Below are positions 1 through 7,839 of a stretch of DNA of 32,000 bases, piece by piece. Every line of letters begins with the position of its first letter. Position 1 is the stretch's first letter. The notes below the pieces were generated by a model. That model was not told the DNA's origin. It saw only the letters and a list, made by a program, of their open reading frames with translations, and searched no databases. The position numbers and the translations under genes were made by a program. This stretch comes from Acaryochloris marina S15 (GTDB lineage: Bacteria; Cyanobacteriota; Cyanobacteriia; Thermosynechococcales; Thermosynechococcaceae). The stretch is taken from NCBI RefSeq assembly GCF_018336915.1, contig NZ_CP064923.1:2310001-2342000 (forward strand), in the 5' to 3' direction.

Positions 1-145
1 CAATTTGGTGGGTGGTAGCGGCATCGTAGCCCACCTGATCAAAGATATCTGCTGCCGCATTGAGGATTTTATCGACCCTTTCTTTGCCTCTTTGCTGTTT
101 AGGCTGTCGACGGAAATGACTTGACGAATATGAATTATCTGTCAT
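1..145 (-). CDS. TetR/AcrR-family transcriptional regulator, N-terminal fragment (start codon in window, gene continues past left edge)
   Basis: Minus-strand ATG at 145..143 opens a frame that runs to position 1. It translates as MTDNSYSSSHFRRQPKQQRGKERVDKILNAAADIFDQVGYDAATTHQI. The R-x3-IL-x-AA-x3-F-x3-GY-x3-T pattern is the usual N-terminal HTH region of TetR regulators. The ORF is truncated, so it is not in the supplied track. Confidence 0.7.
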   Translation of the reverse strand, partial: MTDNSYSSSHFRRQPKQQRGKERVDKILNAAADIFDQVGYDAATTHQI

Positions 146-194
146 ATTTTTAAAACACGACGAATCTTTCACAATTTTATAGCGAGCGAAGAAG

Positions 195-1199
195 ATGATG
201 CGATCGATGCTTCCCGGTGCGCCTTGGCTATTGGCGCACAAGTCTATGCTGCTTGTCAATCAGCCCCTCAAGGTGACTCTGGACGGACAGGACTATGTGC
301 TTTGGCAGGATGGCACGGGTTCAGTACAAGCCTTGCCCAATCGCTGTCCCCACATGGGGGCGATGCTGTCGGAAGGTTGGTGTGAACTCTTGCCAGATGG
401 AGATGATGGGCAATCAGGGATTGTCTGTCCTTTTCATGCGCTGCAGTTTGATGGCGCAGGTTGCACCGTTCTGCCGGGTACTCAACGCAAAACATTGCCC
501 CAATTACAGCCTCCAGAGCTAATGATTCAAGGCGATTTTATCTGGTCCTATGGCGGCCATGAGCCCCAAATACCGATTCCCAGCATTATGAATGAAATTG
601 CCCAAGCCTATGATTTTATCGGACCTACTGCTGACTACAGCGTAGAAACGGATTTACTGAGTATGCTGCTGGTGATGCATGACTACAACCATCAAAACGG
701 CACTCACCGTGATTTGTTTCAGATCACCGACGTTCAATTCCATCAATTTGTAGACCATGGGCATCAATCCCATGCGTTTTACGACATGCCCACAGAAACC
801 TATCACTGGACGGAAAAGTTGAGAAAGCCAGATCTGATGTTGCTACCCAAAACCATTCAGGCACATTTGGAGAACTATTTTCCGGGGCTGGTCATTTTAC
901 ATACTGAAACACCCTTAGGAAAAATTGCTCAATGCCATTTCTTTGTGCCTGAGTCAGAACAGCGGACTCGTACTTATATTTTGCTGTTTGCTCAGCTCCA
1001 GCATTCACTATTCAAGGTTTTTGGTAATTCTTTTCTCAAATTCGGCCAAGTGGCAGTAGAACAAGATGTCGATATCTTAGCCAAGCTCTATGGTGATGCA
1101 CCCCAAAATATCAAACTCAATAACGAAGTGGGTATGGATTGGGTTCGACGGAATTTCGACAATTTTCCCAAAGTGGTGGAGCCTCATCTATCCAAGTGA
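195..1199 (+). CDS. Rieske [2Fe-2S] domain non-heme iron oxygenase (alpha-subunit-like)
   Basis: CPHMG ... CPFH gives the C-x-H ... C-x2-H Rieske ligands. DYNHQNGTH gives the D-x2-H-x4-H mononuclear iron motif. The gene has tandem ATGs at 195 and 198 and diverges from the TetR fragment across 49 bp. Confidence 0.8.
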   Translation: MMRSMLPGAPWLLAHKSMLLVNQPLKVTLDGQDYVLWQDGTGSVQALPNRCPHMGAMLSEGWCELLPDGDDGQSGIVCPFHALQFDGAGCTVLPGTQRKTLPQLQPPELMIQGDFIWSYGGHEPQIPIPSIMNEIAQAYDFIGPTADYSVETDLLSMLLVMHDYNHQNGTHRDLFQITDVQFHQFVDHGHQSHAFYDMPTETYHWTEKLRKPDLMLLPKTIQAHLENYFPGLVILHTETPLGKIAQCHFFVPESEQRTRTYILLFAQLQHSLFKVFGNSFLKFGQVAVEQDVDILAKLYGDAPQNIKLNNEVGMDWVRRNFDNFPKVVEPHLSK

Positions 1200-1328
1200 A
1201 TCGGGCAGTAGGATGGTTCTATTCCTAATCTCTAGTCTTGGTCTGAGATTAGAACCTTGGTTCAGAACCACTGGTTTGAAGGGCATGATATTAAACCTTT
1301 CACACCTATATTGAGGAGAAAAATTTCC

Positions 1329-3857
1329 ATGACATCCTCAGAGGATATTAAGGCTTGGTTACAGGAGCATACGGATCTAGATATCTTTCCTGAAAAGATT
1401 CTGGATCGGCTGGCTAGAACAGTAGAAGTACAGACGCTAGAAGCCAATCGGCGACTGATTTTAGAAGATACTTTGCCGGATGCGGTATATATTTTGCGTC
1501 AAGGCCGCCTTGAAAGCTATCACACCAGTTTGGTGGATACGGCACAGGTCTGTAGCTTGTTGCCAGGGGCTGTACTGCATCTCTTCGACATCTTGCTCGA
1601 TCAGCCGACCCTTCAAACCATCAATACTTTAACGGATTGCCAGTTGTGGGTGATTTCCAAAAAAGACCTACTCAAGATCGCGGGTGAATATCAAGATGTG
1701 ACGCGAATTGTGTCGCAAAAGCTGTCTAAAGACTTGGCGAATGTTTCCCAAGAGTTAGTGGCTGAACAGGAACGACAAGCTATCCTCAGACCCTATTTGG
1801 TCCCTAAGGCAAATAGAGGAATAGTCGGCTCTAGCCGCTATGCTAAGCGATTGCGAGAGCAACTCAAGGAGGCAGCACGTACTCGCGATTCAGTGATTAT
1901 CTTTGGCGAACCCGGTCTAGAAAAAGATAATGCAGCCGCTCTCGTTCACTTTGGATCGAACCAAAGACGGGAGCCGATGGTGAAAATTAACTGCAATACT
2001 CTACAAATCAGCGGGGCCAGTTTGTTTGGTCGAGTGGGGGGTAAGCCTGGGCTTCTAGAAGCTGTGGGTGAGGGCACGGTTCTTTTAAATAATATTCAAG
2101 AACTGCCGCCAGCATTATGCCCACAAATACGACGGCTCTTAGAAACCCAGACTTACGTACCGGTTCAAAGAGACGGGAATGCAGTGAAGCCTCGTACCAG
2201 CAATGCTCGCTTAATCTTGACGGCTGAGAAGGTTCAGCCGGAACTGGATGGGGTGATTTCCCATCGGGTTAAGATGCCGCCGTTGCGGGTGAGTAAGGCG
2301 GATGTGGGTGCCCAAGTTGAGTACTATATCAGTCTACTTTCTAAAGAACAGGGCTTTGCTAAGCGCCAGCTGACCCCTGAAGCCTTGCGACGTCTACAAA
2401 GCTACAATTACCCGGGCAATATTGTCGAGCTGCATAGTTTGGTGGAGCGTGCGATCGCACAATCGTCTCCCAACGAAGATCTCACTGCCGAAATCTTTTG
2501 GGCGGCCCAAGATCGCCAACAGCGGTTCCGGCTTAACCTACTCAATGCCAACCCGTGGTTGCGGCGATTTCTCCGCAGTCCCTGGTGGCCCACCCGCATT
2601 AACTACGGCATCGTCTTACCCCTATTTATTTTTGTGGTGATCATTCTATTTGTGGGTCCCCAGCAACGGAGCCAGAACTTTGCCTTGAACTTATTTTGGG
2701 CCTGGTGGTGGCCGTTGATATTAATCGGTTTCCCCTTTGTGGGGCGTCTATGGTGCTCCGTCTGTCCCTTTATGATTTGTGGTGAATTGCTGCAAAAGCT
2801 GTCTCTCTGGCTGGTGCCGAGACAACTGCGGCAATGGCCCCGGCAGCAGGCTGAACAGTGGGGAGGTTGGTTCTTATTTGGTCTATTTACCCTGATCTTT
2901 CTCTGGGAAGAACTCTGGAATTTAGAAGATACGGCCTATCTGTCTAGCTGTCTGCTGCTGCTGATTACGGCAGGTGCCATCATTTGCTCACAGATTTTTG
3001 AGCGCCGATTTTGGTGTCGATATCTTTGTCCTATCGGAGGAATGAATGGCTTATTTGCCAAACTTTCTATGACTGAGCTAAGGGCTCAACAAGGCACCTG
3101 CTCTGCTGAGTGCAGTACCTATCAATGCTACAAAGGCGGACCTGAAAAAGGAGAAGGACAAGAAACAACAGGCTGCCCCCTTTACTCTCATCCCGCTCAA
3201 TTGGAAGATAATAGGGACTGCGTGCTCTGTATGACTTGTTTGCAGGCCTGCCCCCACCGTTCTGTAGAGTTCAATTTGCGTCCCCCCGGTATCGAATTGT
3301 GGACAACCCACACCCCTCGAATCTATGAGGCCGCATTGCTCCTGCTGTTGTTAGGGGGGATTTTCCTGCATCGACTTCCTGAATTGCAAACCTGGATTGG
3401 GCTAGATTTGCATCTGCAGCAATTTTCAGTCCATGCTCTGGTGTCTTGTTTGGTGTTGGGGATAGCTGCTTTGATTCCCTTACTTTCCCATGCCGTCTTA
3501 TGCCGTATCAGTCCTAACTTGAAACCAAGGCCCTTTATAGAATTGGTTTATGGCTATTTACCTCTAGTCCTCGGTGGTACCTTAGCCCATTATTTACGAT
3601 TAGGACTGACCGAAGCAGGTCAAATTCTACCCGTCACCTGGGCCACGTTTGGCTTGGCTGGAGGAGGACTACCGGTCTGGGTAGCCCACCCAGCGGTGGT
3701 TAGTTTCCTGCAAGGTTCCACAATATTGGCTGCAATTTTTCTGACGTGGATTCTCACTCAAAAAATTGCTCGACAACCTATCTCTGTCCTTCTGCCTCAG
3801 CATATGACGAGCCTAGGATTAGGCGTCTGTTTGTGGTCTGTGATTGTGGGAATGTAA
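1329..3857 (+). CDS. Multidomain membrane protein: cNMP-binding-like domain + degenerate sigma-54-interaction-type AAA+ domain + 4Fe-4S/polyferredoxin-like (NapH/COG0348-like) membrane domain
   Basis: The ORF-track start at 1257 is TTG. I prefer ATG 1329, which is preceded by GAGGAG at 1313..1318. The AAA+ core aligns by eye to NtrC-type activators (GEPGLEKD, MPPLRVSKADV, YPGNIVELHS). The C-terminal half has several hydrophobic helices and the Cys motifs CSVCPF, WCRYLCPIGG, CSAECSTYQC and CVLCMTCLQACP. Confidence 0.8.
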   Translation: MTSSEDIKAWLQEHTDLDIFPEKILDRLARTVEVQTLEANRRLILEDTLPDAVYILRQGRLESYHTSLVDTAQVCSLLPGAVLHLFDILLDQPTLQTINTLTDCQLWVISKKDLLKIAGEYQDVTRIVSQKLSKDLANVSQELVAEQERQAILRPYLVPKANRGIVGSSRYAKRLREQLKEAARTRDSVIIFGEPGLEKDNAAALVHFGSNQRREPMVKINCNTLQISGASLFGRVGGKPGLLEAVGEGTVLLNNIQELPPALCPQIRRLLETQTYVPVQRDGNAVKPRTSNARLILTAEKVQPELDGVISHRVKMPPLRVSKADVGAQVEYYISLLSKEQGFAKRQLTPEALRRLQSYNYPGNIVELHSLVERAIAQSSPNEDLTAEIFWAAQDRQQRFRLNLLNANPWLRRFLRSPWWPTRINYGIVLPLFIFVVIILFVGPQQRSQNFALNLFWAWWWPLILIGFPFVGRLWCSVCPFMICGELLQKLSLWLVPRQLRQWPRQQAEQWGGWFLFGLFTLIFLWEELWNLEDTAYLSSCLLLLITAGAIICSQIFERRFWCRYLCPIGGMNGLFAKLSMTELRAQQGTCSAECSTYQCYKGGPEKGEGQETTGCPLYSHPAQLEDNRDCVLCMTCLQACPHRSVEFNLRPPGIELWTTHTPRIYEAALLLLLLGGIFLHRLPELQTWIGLDLHLQQFSVHALVSCLVLGIAALIPLLSHAVLCRISPNLKPRPFIELVYGYLPLVLGGTLAHYLRLGLTEAGQILPVTWATFGLAGGGLPVWVAHPAVVSFLQGSTILAAIFLTWILTQKIARQPISVLLPQHMTSLGLGVCLWSVIVGM

Positions 3858-3926
3858 TGGGTGCTGGAAGAGTACTAAAACTTTTAAATCAGTCTCTATT
3901 CAGATCTGTTTGCTGATGGAAACTAA

Positions 3927-3971
3927 AGAATGGGTTTGCCCCTATAAGAGAGAGGCAAACCCATTCTTTTT
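3927..3971 (+). terminator. Rho-independent terminator downstream of 1329..3857, possibly bidirectional
   Basis: A perfect 14-bp stem pairs agaatgggtttgcc (3927..3940) with ggcaaacccattct (3954..3967) around a 13-nt loop. The T-run ctttttg begins inside the right arm and ends at 3971. On the minus strand the hairpin is followed by TTTAGTTT, so it could also end the small minus-strand ORF. Confidence 0.65.
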
Positions 3972-4046
3972 GGGTTAAGATCTAGCCTTTTTGATAGCCC
4001 TTAACCACAATAATGCAGAAAACAAACAGATTGTGGATGAATCGGA

Positions 4047-4193
4047 TTACACATCATAGACCCGACAGGCATCGGACCAGTCATTGATGGCACAGTATTG
4101 ATCCCAAGTGCTTGGTACAACGTCTGCTTGGTTTGGCTTGGGGAGTAATTCAGTGGTTGTGTTGGGGGTTGTTTGTTGTTTGATTTGAGTCAT
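4047..4193 (-). CDS. Hypothetical 48-aa small protein with two Cys (below ORF-track size cut-off)
   Basis: My own translation of ATG 4193..4191 to TAA 4049..4047 gives MTQIKQQTTPNTTTELLPKPNQADVVPSTWDQYCAINDWSDACRVYDV. Two hairpins (3973..4006 and 3927..3967) lie downstream on the minus strand. A -10-like TAGAAT (plus-strand attcta, 4207..4212) lies upstream. I recognise no homology. Confidence 0.3.
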   Translation of the reverse strand: MTQIKQQTTPNTTTELLPKPNQADVVPSTWDQYCAINDWSDACRVYDV

Positions 4194-4432
4194 TGTTTTT
4201 ACCTAAATTCTACTCGGGCAGTGTCGTAGATTGGAGGCCACACAATTCTCAAGTGAGTCATCAGAAAATAATTGAAATAGGGAATCTTTTTTCTGATGTA
4301 GCCCCATCTGCGATGTCTTTAATGTAGGCGATCTTCTTGAGATCATCCTGAATAGTTTCTGAGAAAACTGAGCAACTTTGAAAAGGGAAAATTGCGAAAA
4401 AACAAAAGATTTTTGGCTTGATTGCGATGAAA

Positions 4433-4693
4433 TTAGCTTTGCTTCTGAAAGTGATTGGTGCCAGCAAATGCACCGGATAGCCACATTAAGCCAAACATTA
4501 TTAGGGTGATGGCTGATGCATGGCCAAAAATTCTGAGGGTGTCGAGAAGAACCATTACATTGTCCTCTGCTGGGTTGATACGGTTTAGTATGCTGGGCCA
4601 GCTAATAGAAAGCAGTGATCGATTTCTGGGGTGGGAGTGATTGCCATCACCCATGGCATGAGGAATGGCCAGTGCCCCCGATTTAGAAGTCAT
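4433..4693 (-). CDS. Hypothetical 86-aa protein with one C-terminal hydrophobic segment (doubtful)
   Basis: This ATG ORF starts 34 bp downstream of the deacetylase stop on the same strand. It contains the hydrophobic stretch ASAITLIMFGLMWLSGAFAG. It has no Shine-Dalgarno sequence and no family I recognise, and neighbouring frames hold other short broken ORFs. Confidence 0.25.
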   Translation of the reverse strand: MTSKSGALAIPHAMGDGNHSHPRNRSLLSISWPSILNRINPAEDNVMVLLDTLRIFGHASAITLIMFGLMWLSGAFAGTNHFQKQS

Positions 4694-4727
4694 TCGGAGG
4701 AAATAGACCTCGGTTTGATGGGGTAAA

Positions 4728-5522
4728 TTATAAGGAATTGGATTTGGAGGCTTCCCGGTATAGCTCAGTCAGGGTAACGACTCGATATCCTTTTTGTTTG
4801 AGTTGGGGCAAAATCTGATTCAGCGTCTGGACGGTTCGCAGCCCCCAGGCCCCCTCAGGTCCATAGTCATGGAGAACGATAATACTGCCGGGTTGGACAT
4901 TCGCCAAAATCTGTTGAGCGGCGAAATCTGAAGACGGCAGATTTGTGTCATAGGGCCATGGTGCCCCCAGGGCAATTTTGTATCCTTGCTGTTGAGCAAT
5001 CTCAGCCATCTCTGGAGTGCAGCGGCCACTCCCTGGACGCATCCACTCCAGGGATGTTTTATGGTTGGCGGCAGCTAGGATATCCTGTTCTGCGGTTTGC
5101 AAAGCAGTTTGGAATTCAGGTAAGGGAAGGCTGATGCTGGGGACATCAATGGTGAGGTGATTACCTAACTCGTGGCCTTGCCTGACCATTTGGGTGATAA
5201 AGGCTTGGTTCTGAGCCGATAATCTACTGCTGATCATAAAAAAGGTTGCTTTGGCATCGTGCTGTGCCAAAACCTGCAATATTTTTCCGGTGGTATTGGT
5301 ATCCCCTGCTCGTTGATCATCGGGGCCATCATCAATCGTGAGGGCGACAATCGGTTGCTCGGTGGGGAGATAGAAAATCGCACCTGGACAAATTAAGGGG
5401 GCTAGGCGATCAATTGCCCACCGGGGCTGCATCCAGAGTACTAGCAATGCTGCGATGAGTGTTCCAATGGCCAGCCCTGCGATTTGGAGTCGGTATCGGA
5501 TAAAGAAGCGAAAGTTAGCCAT
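4728..5522 (-). CDS. Polysaccharide deacetylase (NodB-homology, CE4) family protein with N-terminal membrane anchor
   Basis: LTIDDGPD matches the TFDDGP catalytic motif, and HELGNH is a His-containing motif consistent with the fold. The N-terminal helix is IAGLAIGTLIAALLVLW. The track start at 5531 is TTG, so I use ATG 5522 (MANFRFF...). Confidence 0.8.
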   Translation of the reverse strand: MANFRFFIRYRLQIAGLAIGTLIAALLVLWMQPRWAIDRLAPLICPGAIFYLPTEQPIVALTIDDGPDDQRAGDTNTTGKILQVLAQHDAKATFFMISSRLSAQNQAFITQMVRQGHELGNHLTIDVPSISLPLPEFQTALQTAEQDILAAANHKTSLEWMRPGSGRCTPEMAEIAQQQGYKIALGAPWPYDTNLPSSDFAAQQILANVQPGSIIVLHDYGPEGAWGLRTVQTLNQILPQLKQKGYRVVTLTELYREASKSNSL

Positions 5523-5669
5523 ATAAAACAATGGATTGAGGAGGGATGAATCCTGTCTTTCAGCCTAGGTTCTAGCCGAATCTACAGCAAGAATCGTGAC
5601 AGGAACTCCAAAAGCTGAAAAGATAAAGATTACAGAAAGTAAACATATCATTAACAAAAGATTCATTTT

Positions 5670-6197
5670 ATGACGATGAAACAACAATATGTGGTGTCAA
5701 GTGTCTTGTTAGGTGCTTTAGCGTTTGTTGCCCCCGCTCAAGCAGCTGGTCGGGTGGCTGGCTATCAATATGCTGTGTTTCAAGATAGTGAAGCCCCTCT
5801 CGAAGACAACGTCATTCACTACATTCCTTGCTATCCCCAAAATGATTGCAACGAGTTAGCCACCAAGCTAACCGCAGAACTTCGTCAAGCCCAGGTAAAC
5901 CTGACTCGGGCACGATTGACTCTAGAAAAGCCCATCGAAGCTTGGACGCTATTCACCCAACTCGATCAGCAGTTTTTGCCTCAGATTACCGATAAGAAGG
6001 GGTATAAAACCACGACTACCCAAAAGAAAGGGGTCTTTTCTTTTTACTGTCCAACCAAAACCTGCTTGGTCTATTCCTTTGGTACGGTCCGCGATCGCTT
6101 CAATTATTGGGTCACTGTGGCTAAGAGCCGGAAGCGTTGGGACTTGGGGCCTGGCAGAGGCTTTGTTGAAGACAAACCTGAAAAGCTAGGGAATTAA
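5670..6197 (+). CDS. Hypothetical secreted protein (signal peptide, 4 Cys)
   Basis: The N-terminus MTMKQQYVVSSVLLGALAFVAPAQA-AG looks like a Sec signal peptide with an AQA cleavage site. I recognise no family. The gene ends 11 bp before the next gene on the same strand. Confidence 0.6.
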   Translation: MTMKQQYVVSSVLLGALAFVAPAQAAGRVAGYQYAVFQDSEAPLEDNVIHYIPCYPQNDCNELATKLTAELRQAQVNLTRARLTLEKPIEAWTLFTQLDQQFLPQITDKKGYKTTTTQKKGVFSFYCPTKTCLVYSFGTVRDRFNYWVTVAKSRKRWDLGPGRGFVEDKPEKLGN

Positions 6198-6208
6198 TCA
6201 TTAGAATT

Positions 6209-6832
6209 ATGAACTATAAATCTTTCATCCTGGCGTTGGGCTTGGTTGCGATCGCATTTCCCGCCCAGGCAGAATTACCCGAACATATTCAACAATTGCT
6301 CAATACTCGTCGCTGTATTCGCTGTGATTTATCCCGTGCTAATTTTGGCGGCATGGATCTGAGCGTTACTAACTTGCAAGGGGCGAACCTGATTTTCTCC
6401 AACTTGGAGAATGCTAACCTCAACGCCTCTAACCTGACGGGTGCCAAGCTCATTCAGGCCCGAATGTCAGATGCGAATCTGCAAACCACCAACCTCAGCG
6501 TTACGGATTTGAGTAAAGCTGATTTGCGAGGCGCTAATTTGGCGGGCGCGGATTTGCGTAGCAGCCGCATGACGTCTGCCAATCTGAAAGGGGCAAAACT
6601 GCAACAAGCCAAACTCCAAGGGGTGAACTTAGGTTCAGCTAATCTGAAAGGGGCAAAGCTGAATGGAGCTAATTTGTTCTCAGCTGATTTAAGGGGCGCT
6701 AATCTCCAAAATGCTGATCTCACAGGTGCAAATCTTAAGGAAGCTGATTTGAGTGGCGCTAATGTGAAGGGAATTAAGCTCACGGATGCAGACCTAACAG
6801 GGGCCACCCTCCCGGATGGCATTTCCCAGTAG
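6209..6832 (+). CDS. Pentapeptide-repeat protein with signal peptide (periplasmic or thylakoid-lumenal type)
   Basis: The signal peptide is MNYKSFILALGLVAIAFPAQA. A CIRCDL cap is followed by an uninterrupted run of A(D/N)LxG-type pentapeptides (ANLSGANLKGAKL...). Confidence 0.9.
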   Translation: MNYKSFILALGLVAIAFPAQAELPEHIQQLLNTRRCIRCDLSRANFGGMDLSVTNLQGANLIFSNLENANLNASNLTGAKLIQARMSDANLQTTNLSVTDLSKADLRGANLAGADLRSSRMTSANLKGAKLQQAKLQGVNLGSANLKGAKLNGANLFSADLRGANLQNADLTGANLKEADLSGANVKGIKLTDADLTGATLPDGISQ

Positions 6833-6835
6833 GTC

Positions 6836-7699
6836 TTACTTGCAGGTTGCCAAGGCTTGAATTGAGGCGGGGATATCCATTTGACAGAATTTAGCCCCGC
6901 TTAAATCAGCATTGCTTAGGTTGGCATCTCGTAAGTTGACATCTGTCATGGCGATTTTGCCGAGATGGGCACTACTTAAGTCGGCCCCGCTGAGATTGAC
7001 GCTTTCTAAAGTGGCTTTTCTCAGATCTGCATGGTTTAACTTGGCCCCATTGAGGTTGGTGTACTTCAGTTGGGCCTGCTTTAGTTTTGCCCCTTTTAAG
7101 TTGGCTTCGCTGAGATTAGCGTTGGCCAAATAGACTTGGTTGAGATTCGCACTCTTGAGGTTGCTTTTATTGAAATTAGCCTCTCTTAGGTCGCTGAAGT
7201 AGACGCGACGATTGCCTTGGGCTGTTTCTACCACAGCAACGCTAAAGTCAGCATCTTCTAAAGCGGCTTCAAACAAGTTGGCCCGGCGCAAATCGGCGCC
7301 TTTGAGCTTGGCTTTGACTAAGGTTGCCTGGGTTAAATTGGCGTCTTGCAAATTGGTGGCTTGCTTGAGGGTTGTGGTTAAGCTGGCCCGTCGTAGGGTG
7401 GCTTTGCTGAGATTGGCAGATTGCAGATTAGCGCTCTCTAGATTGGCATCGTCCAAATTAACGCCCTGTAAATTGGCCCCTTGCAGGTTTGCTCCCTGCA
7501 AGCTAGCGCCTTTTAAATTTTGATCTTGAAAATTAGCTCCCCTGAGGTCGCAACCCTCACAACTGTTCGTGGCCTTTAGCTGCTGAAGATGCTCGGGGTT
7601 GGGAGTCTGAGGGGTATTGCTGGCAGCCCCCAGAGGAAATAACGCGATAAAAGTGGTGACTGTTCCTATAGCGAGACTGCCTTTATTCAACTGTTTCAT
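6836..7699 (-). CDS. Pentapeptide-repeat protein with signal peptide
   Basis: The track start at 7708 is GTG, so I use ATG 7699 (MKQLNKGSLAIGTVTTFIALFPLGAASN...). A CEGCDL cap is followed by long pentapeptide runs. A Cys pair sits near the C-terminus (KFCQ...ATCK). Confidence 0.9.
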   Translation of the reverse strand: MKQLNKGSLAIGTVTTFIALFPLGAASNTPQTPNPEHLQQLKATNSCEGCDLRGANFQDQNLKGASLQGANLQGANLQGVNLDDANLESANLQSANLSKATLRRASLTTTLKQATNLQDANLTQATLVKAKLKGADLRRANLFEAALEDADFSVAVVETAQGNRRVYFSDLREANFNKSNLKSANLNQVYLANANLSEANLKGAKLKQAQLKYTNLNGAKLNHADLRKATLESVNLSGADLSSAHLGKIAMTDVNLRDANLSNADLSGAKFCQMDIPASIQALATCK

Positions 7700-7839
7700 G
7701 TCATTCACCCAAATTAAAAAACGGTCTGCAATAGGTATTTATTCTCTAATCACTGTACTGTGATCAGGACAATGTTACAAAATGCTAAGGTATCGAGCCT
7801 TACCTCGGGGGTGAACCTGCAGACCTGAAAAATTGACCG

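Noticed and set aside
1329-3857. Calling this gene a sigma-54-dependent transcriptional activator (enhancer-binding protein)
   Set aside because: The GAFTGA loop, the Walker B acidic pair and a C-terminal HTH are all absent, and cyanobacteria are not known to have sigma-54. I keep only the fold-level assignment to the AAA+ family.
4047-4193. Calling the 48-aa ORF a microviridin-type RiPP precursor because PSTWDQY resembles PSDWEEY
   Set aside because: There is no PFFARFL-like leader motif and no Thr/Lys pattern of the TxKxPSD core. No ATP-grasp ligase, acetyltransferase or transporter gene occurs anywhere in the window. The resemblance is likely coincidental.
4203-4640. ORFs 4203..4484 (-), 4261..4473 (-) and 4455..4640 (+) as genes
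   Set aside because: They overlap one another, their translations are low-complexity or implausible, and none has a start context or recognisable motif. I treat the region as an unexplained gap in the findings instead.
6454-7523. Long antisense ORFs inside the two pentapeptide-repeat genes (6454..6822 -, 6912..7133 +, 7212..7523 +)
   Set aside because: Their translations are low-complexity (LAP, RKSA and LKSA runs). They mirror the A(D/N)LxG codon periodicity of the opposite strand, a known artefact of pentapeptide-repeat DNA. The sense genes have signal peptides and proper caps.
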